Source: Paraspadella gotoi
Lineage: Eukaryota > Animalia > Chaetognatha
Assembly: GCA_051294375.1 (NCBI GenBank)
Contig: CM119271.1
Location: 14,762,770-14,826,769 of the forward strand
Direction: 5' to 3'
DNA: 64,000 bases
Shown: in pieces, positions 10,845-28,300 of the stretch
How positions within the stretch are numbered: position 1 is the stretch's first letter
How the letters are laid out: every line of letters begins with the position of its first letter
Translations under genes and position numbers: made by a program
The notes under the pieces: generated by a model
Database searches by the model: none
What the model was told of the DNA's origin: nothing
Seen by the model: only the letters and a program-made list of their open reading frames with translations

Positions 10845-13800
10845 TCAATGACCCCCTTTGTTCTTGGCGCAAGCGTTGCTCAATTCTTCCATCACTGCTG
10901 CCGAAGGGCCGAATTGCGTCGACAGAAAAACCTGAGAAAATTATTGTATGAAATTGATACAATCAATATATGTATATGATGATTTTTTTTTTGTTTTACA
11001 CCAGCGTCTATTTCCATTAATCCACAAATTTCATACATATATGTATAATAATTGTATATATATAAATTATTACTCGTTGCATTTGCTTAGTATTGAACAA
11101 GTGTGGCAAAGAATCATTAGCTAAGAGGACGTTGAAAAAGTTAGATCAAGGGAGCTTTAGTTAATCTTACGGATTAAAACGAATTATTGCCTCAGCCGCA
11201 TCTAAAAAAATAGGGATTTAAAACCAAAAGTCAATTCAATTATAAAAAGGATCGTCGCAATCGTATAAGAAAAATCTGGATCGACGACAAATTTTGATAC
11301 TAAAAAAAATAAAATTTTAAAAAAGAAAATAAATTTATAAACAGAAAGAAAAATTATATTTTGCGATTGTCAATTAAAAAAAATAATAAAGTATCAAGGA
11401 AAATTAAAGTTACAGTTTCTGGATAAAAAAAGGAAAAAAAAGGTTTTTTTTGTCATTGTCAATTGTCAAATAAACTGATCAGCAGACGCAGCCCCAGAGA
11501 AAAAAAATTTGAGAAAAGTAAATTAATTTATAAACAGAAAGAAAAAAATCTATTTTGCGATTGTCAATCAAAAAAATAACAAAGTACCGAGGAAAATTAA
11601 AGTTGCAGTTTCTGAAAAAAAAAAACAAATTTCATTGTCAAAAAATAAACTGATCAGCAGAGAGAGAAAAAAAAAATCAAAAGGCAGCAGCAAAAGCAGC
11701 AGGAGAAAAGAGAAAAAGAGACAGCCCCTGCAGAGCCAGCTGCAGACTCAAAAGGCAGCAGCAAAAGCAGCAGGAGAAAAGAGAGAAAAAGAGAGAGCCC
11801 CTGCCGAGCCAGCAGCATTTTTTTCCGATGAATAAGCACTGGGGAAAAGAGAGAGAGAAAGCTACATATAATTAAAGGAGAAAAGAGAGAGAGAGAAAGA
11901 GACATGAAAATAAAATAGAGGATATTCATTTGTTTTGATAAAACGTAAACAAAACATATTTAATAACTTAATAACTTTAAACGCAAAGCGATTGCGACGA
12001 TAAAAAATTAGTATTGCCATTGATAAACATAATCAATGTGGAACTTAGTTCATTGTTCATAGTTGAAAATAAAAGTTGGGAAAAAGAATTTGAAGGAATA
12101 ACATTGAAGATGTCAACCAGGAGCAAGCGCCACGAGATCCTCCCAACTGACCTTCCCGTTCTGGTGGAGATACTCGAGGATCCCGTCGACGTGGAAGAGG
12201 ATGGTGTTGAGCCGGTTGACGTCGAGGCCTTCGAGAACGGAGAGGATCCGCGGGAGATGGACGAAGAGGCGAAGAAAGTGGAAGGCGCCGTAGTGGAGCG
12301 AGGGCATGTTGGGATGGCGGAGGCAGACCTCCTCGGGCAAGAGGCGCCACGACTCGATCTTTTCGATGAGCTCGTCGGAGAGGCGTTCCCGCGGAGAGGA
12401 GGAGGCAGAGTCGGGCAAGGGCCGCTGGAGGGAGGCGTCGTCGACGCTGCCCTCGGTGCTAGAGGGATCCTCGGCGGCGGCGGCGAAGGCGGCTGCCGCG
12501 TCGAGGAGAGCGTCGCCGGTCGAGTTTTCGTCCTCGTCGTCTTCCTCTTCATCGTCGTCGTCGTCCTCGTCCTCCGCGTTGTCCGACTTAAAGGACATTG
12601 GATCCGCTGAGTCGTCTCCTTCCTCCTCCTCCTCCTCTTCTTCTTCCTCCTCCTCATCCTCCCGTCTTCCCTCGAGACCTGAATTCGAATCTACGTCTGA
12701 CAAAATTGCGTCGTTAGCGACGTTAGTCCCATCTGCAGCGGCGGCGGCGGCGCCCGCCGTCGCACGGCTCTGGGATCTCAACCGACTGGGCATAATGACT
12801 GGACCTGAAGGAAGAAAAGGAAGGTAATAATGTCATAATACTAATATTATAATAATAGTCATTTTACCAGGATTACGAATGTCTTTATTTATTTTTTAAA
12901 TTTCAGTTAGCTAAAGATAAACATAAATCGAAAAAATGAAAGAGAAAAGTAGAAGATTACGACGATGAAACTTTCTAAATCTCCTCTTTTCCTGAGCAGC
13001 CTAATCAAGCGTAAGAGATGATTATTTAATATGATCTGAAATGAGATTGAATTTCTCAATCTCATTTACATATTGCAGTATTAAATCTAAATGTAATCAT
13101 CTACACATCATTCTCACATTAAATGGATATTGTTAAAACGTATTAACCAATCAAACAACTTCTTCTCAAACGACCCCCCCCCCCGATTCCCCATCTCCCC
13201 CTCCCCCATTTTCTTACCCGGAAACAAAACCTTCTTTGGTACGACGGGCTTCTCGTAATTCATGAGCTTCTTGAACTGGCCCACCTCCTGCTTGTAGAGC
13301 AGCACCGGCCCGAGGTAATTGTCGAACATGATTCTCAGACTGTCCACGACTTCCTTGCAGAGATTCACGCTGCAGGCGGGCGAGACTTTGGGCAGGGCGC
13401 CTCCGGGCTTGGCCCGCTCCACCGGCGCGGCTCCCCCGGGGCCGGCGCCGCCCGACTGGGTCTCGCTGCCGGAACCGTAGCCGCTGGAGGCGCCAAGGAC
13501 GACGCGCGGTTCGCGGTTCCATTTGGCCGTGCAGAGGAGGTTGTAGGTGAAGTGCTGGACGTACTCCTCGAGGAGGGTGGCCACGTTGATGGCGGGATTG
13601 CAGGGAAGGCGGAGGAGTAGATCGCGAAGTTGGATTTTTGTCTAAAGATCAAAATGATGCGGGGGGGGGGAGGAAAATATCATGTAGAATTCTCTCATCC
13701 TAAACTAAATCTATTTGCCAACTTGCGACGATAAAAAGAAAAAAACCAGAACAACACAAAGCAACAAAGCAAAATCAAAGCGGCCAAACCTGAACGTCCG

Positions 13801-15532
13801 TCATGATGTGGGCGAGAGCGAGAGGCAAGGAGATGGGCGGAACGGGTCGTTCCACGGGCGGTTCCGACCCGACGTCGGGCGAGGAGAGAGCGGGCAGTTC
13901 GCGGGGCGCGGGTTCCGCCGTCTCATCGAGCACGCCGTCCGGCTCCTCGGCGCCTCCGACGGACGACGTCGTGGAAGAAGATTCGCGAAAGGCGCCGACG
14001 CCCGCTTCGTCGACTTCTTCGGCGCCGCGAGCTTCGGAGGGTCCCTCCTCGGAATCCTCCGTCGGCGGCGGGAGGGATTTGCGCGGGCGTCCGGGACGAC
14101 CACGGCGGGGGACGCCCGGCATGGCGTCCTCGCGGCGGCGAAAGCGGCAGGGGGATGAGTCGGCGGCGTCGAGGTAGAAGGAGCAATGGGAAGAGTCGCG
14201 GTGGCGAGGGGAAGTCTCGATGGGTTGATGTCTGTTGATGGAAAGAATGAAGAAATAAGTTAGATTGAAATGAATAGAATTACGTTAGATTATAAGAGTA
14301 GACCGTGAGAGAGCCGTGATTAAAAAGCTTTCAGGGTCCTGCTATGTCATTTTCGGAGATATAAGACCCGATAAAGACTTAAACCACCATAGGCCGACAA
14401 AAGTCAGAGGCAAGATACCTTATTTATTATAATAGCGACTAATTTTTATATAGATACTATTTCATGAATAAATAATAAGTATTAGGGATAAACAAAAGAA
14501 AAAAAAACTCGCCTAAAAGATCTTTTCTTCCTTCCTTCCTCTCTTTCGACCTCCAAATAACGTTTCCTCTTCTTGCGTAACTTTTTCCTCTCTAAAAACT
14601 CTTCCTCTTCCTCTTCGGCCGATCGTTCTTCGTCCTCCTCTTCTTCCTCCTCTTCCTCGGCGTCCGACCCTATGGGCGATTCCAGATGATGTATGCCCCT
14701 TTTTCCCAGGATCTTCCAGATGACGGCGTGCTTCTTTCTTCGGTTCTTCCTCTGCGCTTTCGCCACTTCGCACAATTTGCGCATCAATTTTCGGTTAGAC
14801 GAGTTGTTCGCCAGGAGGAGCCGCTCGCTCACGTTGCGGTCCCAGGTGCGGCTCCAACCCTGCAGCGTGGGAAAGGAGGACTTCCTTTGTGACGAACCCT
14901 TTGACTCAATTTATATAATCTTAACTTTGTTAACTCAGATTTTACTCTTTACCTGGGACGGAAAGAGATCGACTTTTACCACTTGCCATTTACCACATGC
15001 CACGTCGCCAATTTTACCAGATTAACGGATCGGGGCGCATTTTATATAATATATATATGTTATGTGTAGCTTGCAAGCTTGGTGATTCCTTACTTAAATG
15101 ACCTAATAATAATAGGTGGTAGAAGCTCGTACTGCGGTCTTAACTAAATCATTATTAAACCCTAATAAAATTATTCGTAAAAAAACCGAACCGGAGGATA
15201 TACTATACCAATTAATCTTAATTGCTACAATCAGCAAATTAGATTGAAGAACTTTACCTCATTTGAAATGAAAGACAAGTCACTCTGCTACATTTAGTAT
15301 CTTACCTTGGAGGCGTTAACCCTAAACCGACCTACCCCTGAAACAAACTGACCTGAAAGTGAATCTTGTATTCAGGCGCGAGTCTCCCGCGACTGTTGCG
15401 ACCCACGCAGCGCTCGAGGATTCGAGACTCGTAGAGGACCCGGGCCCGCGAAGGGTCGGGCTCGAAGCAGAGCACGCTCTCACCCTCTCGGTAATTAAAT
15501 TCCACGTGACGAGGGAAACGATGAATCGACAT
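10845..15532 (-). CDS. MSL3: Male-specific lethal 3 homologue (chromo-barrel plus MRG domain), 6 exons (15532-15353, 14859-14513, 14231-13790, 13641-13218, 12804-12152, 10931-10845)
   Basis: GESVLCFEPDPSRARVLYE..EYKIHFQ|GWSRTWDR is MSL3-diagnostic. MRG segments LPCNPAINVATLLEEYV, LCKEVVDSLRIMFD and PSLHYGAFHFLRLFVHLP are present. The last exon is inferred from donor AAG|gtcagt and phase. Confidence 0.9.
11330..11815. repeat. Two nested imperfect tandem duplications (~190-bp unit and ~70-bp unit) in the last MSL3 intron
   Basis: AATTTATAAACAGAAAG..TAAACTGATCAGCAG occurs near 11330-11485 and 11525-11660; AAAAGGCAGCAGCAAAAGCAGCAGGAGAAAAG..GCCCCTGC occurs near 11680 and 11750. Confidence 0.85.
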
Positions 15533-16095
15533 TATTCGGGGGGTAAACCCGATGGGAGAATATGGGAAGAGCGAGAGACGAGATGCACTCGTAAGAGACA
15601 GATAGAGATAGAGTCACATCTTCGCGGATCGAGCCGCGAAGGCGTCGGACTTTATAAAACTTCTATTTGTAACTTCTGAAAAAAAATTTTGAAAAAAAAA
15701 AAAATTACGATTAAGATAAAATTGAGACGAAACTTGTACCAAATTAGGCAACACAATTTAAAATCACTTTAATTAACGCATTTTTACAAAACAATTAATT
15801 CTTTTCATTTCAAAGTTCTGTCTCAAAAGATAAGTTTGCGTTTTTTTAATTGTTTTTTTCTCACTAGGCTAGCTATGAGGGACGGTGAATTAGGCAAGCT
15901 CATTGGAGGGAATGAAAAAAATTGAGATGGGAATTAGCGATTGGAGACCCCAAAAAATTTAAAAGACACATCGCAAACGATTGCGCTTCGTCAAAGTCAA
16001 AGATTGGAAAAAAATACAATTGACGTCGCAAAAATACTAGAGCCAGGTCAACTTCAAGCCCTTCAACCTCGGACAGACACATAAAAAATGTCCCT

Positions 16096-17602
16096 TTATT
16101 TTTCGGAAATGGCCTCCAAGGCGGAAGCGACGGGCAGTTCCACGTTGGGACCTTCGGAATGTCTCTTCCCTATCGTCGCCAAGGATTCCTGCTGATCCTC
16201 GATCTCATCGTCAACGATCGGGAAAACCTTTTTGTCGGGCGTCTCGTGAGCGGAAGGCGAGTCGGACGAAGCGGGCTTGACGGCCGAGTTGGAGCCGGAG
16301 CCTCTGATCTCGACGCCGTCCTCGGTGGATCCTCCCTCAGCCTTTACCATGCGCGAATCTTTGGGCGAAGATCCGATTCCCGAATCCATTCTGGATTTTG
16401 TCGTCGTCTTCTCCGATTCTTTGCATTCGTCTTCTCTCTCGGAAGCGCTCGTCGACTCCGCGCCGACGCCGGGCGCACCCTCGACGCCCTCGTCTCCAAC
16501 AACGACGCGACCCTTGACGGCGCTGACGTCTTCTTCGCCGTCGCTCGACGACCAACTGAGGCTAGACTCGGAGTCGGAGCGGCTTCGTCGGTTATACTTG
16601 TCGCGTCTCTTGGTGGGCGTGGTTTTGGCGGGCGGCGGATCGGCGCCGATGCCGGGCGGCGGCGGTTGCGGAGATTCCGAGACGGGTTTAGCGCGAGGCG
16701 GCGTGGCTTGGAGCGGGGAAGACCGGCGCGGCGAGGATCCTGAGCGGCGTCGATGACGTTTGTGGTGGCGTCGATGACTGCGTCGCTTTTTCGGCTCCGA
16801 CTTTTTCGACGCCGCCTTTTCCGACTTTTCGTCGCGGGACTCGCTGCAGTGGCGGCGGCAGCGGCTGCGGCGTTCGGAGGAACGACTGCTGCGGCGCCGA
16901 GTCTTGGAATGGCGCCGGGAACGGGAACGGCGTCCAGAGCTAGTCCGGCGCCGCTCGTGAGGTTTGTCCGAAGAGCGCGGAAGACGGTGGGGATGAGGGG
17001 AAAAGCGATGCGGGAGACGGGGACTGATTTGGACAAACATTAACCGTTTAACCTGATTAAATTCCTACTCTTTCCACGAACCTCGAGAGGGAACGTCGTC
17101 TCTTCATTTGAAAAGACATCGGCTCTCGAAATTTGGGTGGGCCGAGATCCATCGGGCGTCCGTAACGCGCGATCTGCACGCGGAGAGAGCGCCCGTCCAG
17201 CAGCGTCCCGTCCAACTCGTGCATGGCGTCTTCGGCGTCGCGGGAATCGAAGTAGCGAACGAAGGCGAAGCCACGACTCTCTCTATAACAAAGCAAAGTA
17301 ATAAATAATATTTTAGTATTTTCAGTATATAAATTTTGATGTAAATCGGGCAAAGTGGTATCAAGTTGATGAAAACAGTGACTTTCCTCGGACCAAGGTA
17401 GTTAAGGTTAAAAATAAAGATCAGATCCAATTACAAACTTGGAGAAAGGATTCCTGGGAATGTAAATGTCTCCGATGTGACCGAAATTGGAGAAGATCTT
17501 CTCTAGCGCCTCGGGCGTCGTTCGGTACGTGAGATTGTCAACTTTGAGCGTACACATGCCGTTGATGTCGGGGGGCGGACGTCCGTACCAGTAACGATCC
17601 AT
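16096..17602 (-). CDS. SRSF2: SR splicing factor SC35-like, 3 exons (17602-17439, 17282-17082, ~17023-16096)
   Basis: [34 protein letters not shown] and [16 protein letters not shown], followed by an RS-rich region. The exon 3 acceptor is uncertain. Confidence 0.88.
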
Positions 17603-18260
17603 TGTCTCGATGCCGAGGGCGAAGAATCAGACTTTTTTTTTTTTTAATTTTAATTAGTTTTTATTATAGAAATAATGGCCTATAATGAAAATATGAAAAT
17701 TACTGATAAGAAAATGATAGAAATATGGTTCGCTAATTTGAAAAAAAATTATATTTAAAAAAAAACTGAATGAATTACGTGAAACCGAAACGTATAAATT
17801 GCTGAATGTCGAAAGAGAGTTGGACTTTTTAAATGTGCGATTTTTTTTGTCAAGGTTTTGTTTTTTTTTTTATTTCAAAAAGAAAAAAGTGTGCAGAAGA
17901 AATATATAGAGATAGGCATTTTTTTTGACAACATTTACAGACCTCACAATACTTAAATATATTAAATAGAAAAAAAATTTCGAATGAACACGATTCGGTG
18001 TCTGTATATTAGTTAGCAATATACTAGTTTGTTGTCTGTTGAAAAAATTCGAATCACCTTTAGTAAATAAGACACTCCCAAATTTCATAACATCGAAGCT
18101 AATAAAAAAAAATGGAAATAAGGAATGACTAAAATTACGCAGAAAAAACTTTGATACAAACTACAGAACTGTCTTCCAAAAGTCTCCCATGAAAGATTCC
18201 AGGGAAAAAAAAAGGTTTTTCTCTTTCCTAGTATCATTTCTCTCTATATATCCCTCTCTC

Positions 18261-22344
<4,084 letters not shown>

Positions 22345-25308
22345 TTAGGTGGTTTGTATACAAGTTAACTTTTTCGTTCAATTTTTCGTGTGTATATTTA
22401 TTATTCCCCGCGGGAAACGACGATCAAGATTCGCGAGTGTCGCCCCACAATTGAGATGACCTTCTAATATTTTTATTTCAAGGGATGTATAATTTTCAGA
22501 TATTTTTTTGGTTAACTTTTAACGCTTGATGTAAATTCTTTAATAGTAAACAAAATCTCAAATAATTGAAAAATGTAAAATAATGTTTTAGTTTATAGAT
22601 TTTTTTCTTAATATTTGAAAATATTTGTTACAATAAGATGATTTAGTTTATGAAAACAGTCTCAATCGAACGAAGCTGAGTTTATGCGTAAAAATATACA
22701 TCCCTGAAATTTGAAATATTTGAGAAGTATGGAATGCTGATTAAATAGATGAAAGATGGAATCTCGAGTTGGAACCCTTCAAGTTTCAATGTGATAAATT
22801 CAGAAGAAACGTTTAAGTTCTAATGGGACAAATGATGTCATTATGAACCTGGAATAAATAATAAGAGACTCGATTCACAGGAAAATATTATCCTTACAAA
22901 TTTTTTTTCCGATGTACTGTTTTAAAAAGAAGCACTTTACGTAAACCGGGAGCATAGAAACGATATTAAACATAAAAAATATGGTGTATCAAAATAAATA
23001 TAACGATCATGGTTTTCTATTAATTTCTACTCGAAATTAAAACAAGAAACTCTTACATCGACTACGATAATCAAGTTTTTTGAATCGTAAAAAATTATTT
23101 TTTTCTTTTTTTTCATTTCAATTTAGTTCACAAATAAATGTAAACATTCTTTTTCATCACGAACACAAAAAAGTTCAAATTTAAATTGTTTATATAAAAT
23201 CTTATAAAAAGTAGGTATACAAATAAATTGAGTGATTTAGTATGTATGCCAAAAGCTTAAAAAAAGTAAAGTTTTGGTATTTTAAAGAGAGATCATTGAG
23301 GAACAAGTTTCGTACAGTATCACTGTTTGGGCAAGAGCACCTTACAAAATTTATGAGAGAAAATAATATTAAATAAAAAAGGCGCTTTATTATGACGTTT
23401 TCTTGTTAGGAATTAAATTCAATGCACTAATATATATATAAATAAATCAATTTACAGCATAAAACGTGACAGAAAGACTAAATACGAGATCGTTGAAAGT
23501 AGTAAAATATCTATGGCAATAACTAGGTTTAATAAAGCTTAACCGAGAGCAAATACAGTTTGGTGTAAAGAGTGGAGAAGAGATAAAAGAGAGAGAGAGA
23601 GAGACAGAGAGTGCTGATTCTTCCGAGACGAAGTCGGAAATTACATTTTCTTTCTATATTAATTATTAATTATTATATGTAAAACTTGTCTTAATGTTCC
23701 GATAAAAATTAATGCCGCGAGTGTATTTCTCATTTATTAATTTCTTTTTTATTTGTCAATTGTTCAAAGGGGAGAGAATCAACATTTTTTATTTCAACCT
23801 GATGTAATTTGTAGAAGAACGTTTGTTTGTTTATTGCTTGAGCTCAATGAGCACCACTACGACTTTGTACGTAGACTGCGATATAAGCCGATGGCGCACA
23901 CGTCTTTCCAAGCTAATAGTATATCTTTTTAAATTTTTATCAGGATGAACTTTTAGTAATATAGTAGTTAGAAAATAATTACTTATTCGCATCAAAAAGA
24001 GCTTCTAATTTATATTTTGTTGGGGAAAGTTAAATGAATTTGGAAGAATTTCGTACTTTATTCAGATTAAAATGGCGGGGGTAGATAAAAGTTACTGATA
24101 TTTTCGGAAAGGATAAGTCAAAATAGTCTTGTTGACGACAAATGACAAAGGAATTTTTAAATACCAATAGCAATTACTATTTAATATATATAAATATTAT
24201 AACTAATTTTAAAGTTTAACAAATAGTCCAATAATGTAGCTAAAAGTGTCAATTTAAAAACACAAATCTGACCAGTTTCAATTCATTTTGAAAGCCGTAA
24301 CAGAAAAATGGTGGTTTAATTGAGATAGGTTCTTTTCAATATTTTTGATAATGATTATGAATAACTGCTTTACTGATACTGATACTGATGGAAAATACAG
24401 AGTGCTCTCTGAATTAATCTTTTTTTCAGAGTATGTGAGTAAAAAATGAAATCGCCGGGAATAAGTCTTAAATTGATATATAATGTATAACCTGCATTTC
24501 ATTAAGCAGTTTTTGCTATAAAATCAGATGTAAACAGAACTCCAAGAGAAAATTTAAAAAGTAACGATATCTCATTAGAATTGTCCACAATTAACAGAAC
24601 ATGAGGAGAAGTTTAAATTTAGGGAATCCTAAACTAAATATTGACCACAGTTACAGTACCAAAAGTACGAAAATTTAAAATTCGTTCTTGATACTATAGT
24701 ATACTATACTATAGACGAGCAGACGTGAATTAGGGAAATGACCTAAGGTGAGAATGAAAACCACACTTACTGTTACCAAATTCAATTAGAAATGTGTTAC
24801 GAATAGTTATACTTAAATACACTACCATGTACTACTTGATAAGCATGCAAAGTGACAAATGTTTTTTAAAGCTTTGAACACTCTGCCAAAAATATGTAAT
24901 AATAATAAAGAAATTTATTTATCCGTAAGCCAATATTAGTAATGCTAGCTTAATTCATTATTTTCTGCAACGTTTTTCTGTCCACTTTTCAATCAGTAAT
25001 AGATAAGAATATTATTTTAAATAATTAGTATAGAAATAAGGCTTTTGTAGGTTTGGTTAGCATAATTTTCTTCCAGTGGTGTTCAGTATTATAATTATAG
25101 CAAATAATCCTAGTACAAAATTAAAACGTGAAATATTTGCCTAAATGAATAAAACCCAAGTAAATCGTAATAGGTCCAACTTTAAAGATGATTGAAAAAA
25201 AAAAATTTTAAAAAAAATGTTAAAGAGAAAGAAGATAAAAATAGAGGTTTTTAAAGGGTAGCGTTTGGTAGGAAGAGGAGAACAATGGTTGAACTCAACT
25301 GTATACCG

Positions 25309-28300
25309 TTAAATCTTTCTCTGATTAAGAGTAAGAAAGGGTTGTTGTCTCCTACCCTGTCGTTGTAGCTTGAACCAACGCGACTTTCCGTCGAGGACCG
25401 GAGGATCCGCGAGATCCACGACGACCTCTCCCAAAAAGTCGTTGGGCTTGAATCGGTCGTAGTTCCAGACCGTGAACTCCATCGACTTGTAGGATAGTTC
25501 TGATGCAAGAACGGGCGAGTATACCAAGGTTTGGTTCCACTCTGGATTTAATGTTTTGGTGATTGTCTTCGTCCGTCGTTTATTCTCAGGGGTTCGTCCG
25601 GGCAACAAGTATACCTAGAAATAAAATGGTGATAATAAAATAGTGATAATAACTGCGAAATTAAATCAATTAAAAGCTTGCAAAGATATTATTTTAGAAG
25701 AGGGATGGAAGGCTTATCCCACCATAATCAGGGACAAAATAGCTTATTTATCAAAAGAATTGATAATATATAATATAAAGGGGACCTGCAGGGACCTGCT
25801 ATGTCATTATCTTGTAAGATTGTTGGAGGCCTTAAACCACCAAAGCCTGTCCAAAGTCAGGGGCAAGATAGCTTATTTATTAAATGAATGGATAATTTTT
25901 ATATTGGTTGTACCAATTTCATAATAGCACGGTTGTACTAATTTCATCAAAAGAAGCTCAAAGTTTCACCTTTACAAAGGGATTGGAAAGTCCCGATCCG
26001 TCGGATGAAAGAAGATTGGCTCCTTTCACGATCGTCACGCTCAGACTCTGCGTGATATTTTCGTAAGCAAATTTCAGCTGCAATTCGCCGGGAGTAAACG
26101 CGTTTCGCACGTTGGCGTGCGAAGGTCGTTCCAAAGAGTGATACCCGACCGGGATGCCGACATCGGTGATACGGTGATGATAAACATCAAGCAATGATCC
26201 AGGGGGGAAATGACTTGACATAATCGATTCCATTGCATCGGGTTGACTAGAAATTCCGCTAATCCATTGCGGATCTTTGATAAACAATTGCGGTTGCGAG
26301 GCAACGGCGTCGTTGACTTTGTAACGCTCCCTCTTGGAGTAGGTCGGTTGCGTTTGACTGGGTTGACGGTACAAATTTTCGTCGTTGGCGTACAATCCTC
26401 GATAATGAGACGAATCTTTGGATTGACGATAGGACGAGGGGTTCATTTGCATGGCGCCCGGCATGGGGACGCATTGGCCGCCCACGGCGTGCTGTAAGTG
26501 TGCCCCGGACAACGAAGAACATTTAGGACTGTACTGAGATATAATGGGAGATGAGGAGGACGACTCGGTAGAATAATATTGCATTTGAGAATACTGTAAG
26601 GATGAGTAACTCGTCGGGGGGTAACACGTTTCTCTGACGTTAGGGAGCGGCTCTTTTTCCATCCCCGGATTTTGTACATTGTCGTAAAGCGAGGACGACA
26701 ACCTGATATTCGCGCTCGAGACGCGCGTTTTTCCCGAATGACGATGCGGCTTCTCGGCCTCGTTGTCGGAAAAGTGACTCTGCTCCAACTTTCGATCGAC
26801 GGCGGCGGCTGAGGCCGCGGCTGCGTAATTCCCGCCGCCGCCGCGGACGTAATCCTGCAATTGGCGGTGGTCGTAGTTGGCGTGATGCTTGGATTTGCTC
26901 GACAATCGATCCTTGGGTTTCGCTTCGTTTTCCAATTTGTTGTTGTTGTTGACTTTGATGACGATTTCGACCTCTTTCTCCGAAGAGGCCACGATTTTCT
27001 GGACATCCTCGTATGTTTTCCCGGTCAGCGAGACTCCGTTCCACTCCAACACCTGATCCCCTTCCCTGACGGCGTTTTTCAAATGTGGACATTCCGAGGA
27101 GACTTGCGCCACGAAGGCTCCGATATTGTTTCCCCGTTCGCCGGGAATGAGTTTCCCGCCGATAAGTCTGACGCCGTATCCGTTTCCGCTCTCCTTCTCT
27201 CGAGGATCGAAATTTAAAAGAACTCGTTTGATGGGAAATTTGTATTTGTGAGATTTGTTGACTCTTCTGTCTCTTTCGCCCGAAGCCAATTCCGGATTAA
27301 GCGCCCGAACGTCCTTTTCGAAGCATTCGAACATGTGGTCCTCCGAGGCGTAGTCCACGTGCAAGGGTTGAAACATATCTAAATCTTTGTTCAAATCGTG
27401 AGCGAAAATATCCGATTTACGATTGGCGTCGAAGAAAAAATTCTTGTAGGTTTCCGTCTGGGGAAAATGATGATGATGATGATTAAGATCCATGGCTTCG
27501 GTGTTGATCGCCAAGAGGCCCGTCGGTCGTTCGGACCCTTTCGAGCTCAAATACTCCCTCTGCGCCAAGAGAGCGGCTTGCATCGAAGTTTTCTTAAACT
27601 CGTCCAGATAGAGCGAGCGATAACCGCCGTCCATCGTCGCGTATTTCTCCACTCTCTTCGGTTTCCCGTAATATCTCCCGGGACTGTCGTAATGCGCGGA
27701 TCCACCGTAGAAACTCTTGGAACTCTCCAACCTGAGATAATCCTCGTAAGGATTCCGCTCGTAAGGATGCCGTTCCTTGCGCGACTCGTCTTCCGACAAT
27801 GGCTTGATGATTCCCTGCGGAAACTTGACTTCGTCGGCGTCGTCTTCCTCGTACGACGACGTCTTCATCTCTTCCCTCAAAAATTCTCCCCTCAAAACTT
27901 TCTCGCTGCGAATCAACTCTTGATCCAATTCGTTTCTCTCTTGAATTTCTCGAATTTCGCTCTCGGCCAACTTTTTTCGCTTCAACTCGTTCTGGAGGCG
28001 GATGTTCTCTTCGATCTGTCGACGCCGCTTTTCGATCTCCTGCTTGAGCTTCTGCCGCTTCGCCTCCAACTGCTTCTTGTTTTCTTGGGTGAAGTGAACG
28101 GCGGTCAAGTCAGAGTTTTTGAAGCTCAAGGCGGAGCCTTTGGTTTTCTCTCGACACGCGTCTTTAGAGTCGGCGGAATCTTTGAACAACTGATCCAAGA
28201 CTTCCTGTCTCAGGGTCTGAGAATGACCCCGCTGCATCGCAGCGTGACCCTTTCTCGATTTGGGAGTCTTCTGCTTGAGCTTCTCGTCGTCTGCAGCCGC

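Noticed and set aside
12113-12151. ORF-track end of MSL3 at 12113
   Set aside because: A strong donor AAG|gtcagt at 12151 and an in-phase exon at 10931-10845 give a better terminal exon.
22400-25300. Hidden gene or second C2 exon in the largest spacer
   Set aside because: It is uniformly AT-rich with no exon-like segment, and is best read as a long 3' UTR plus SERCA upstream region.
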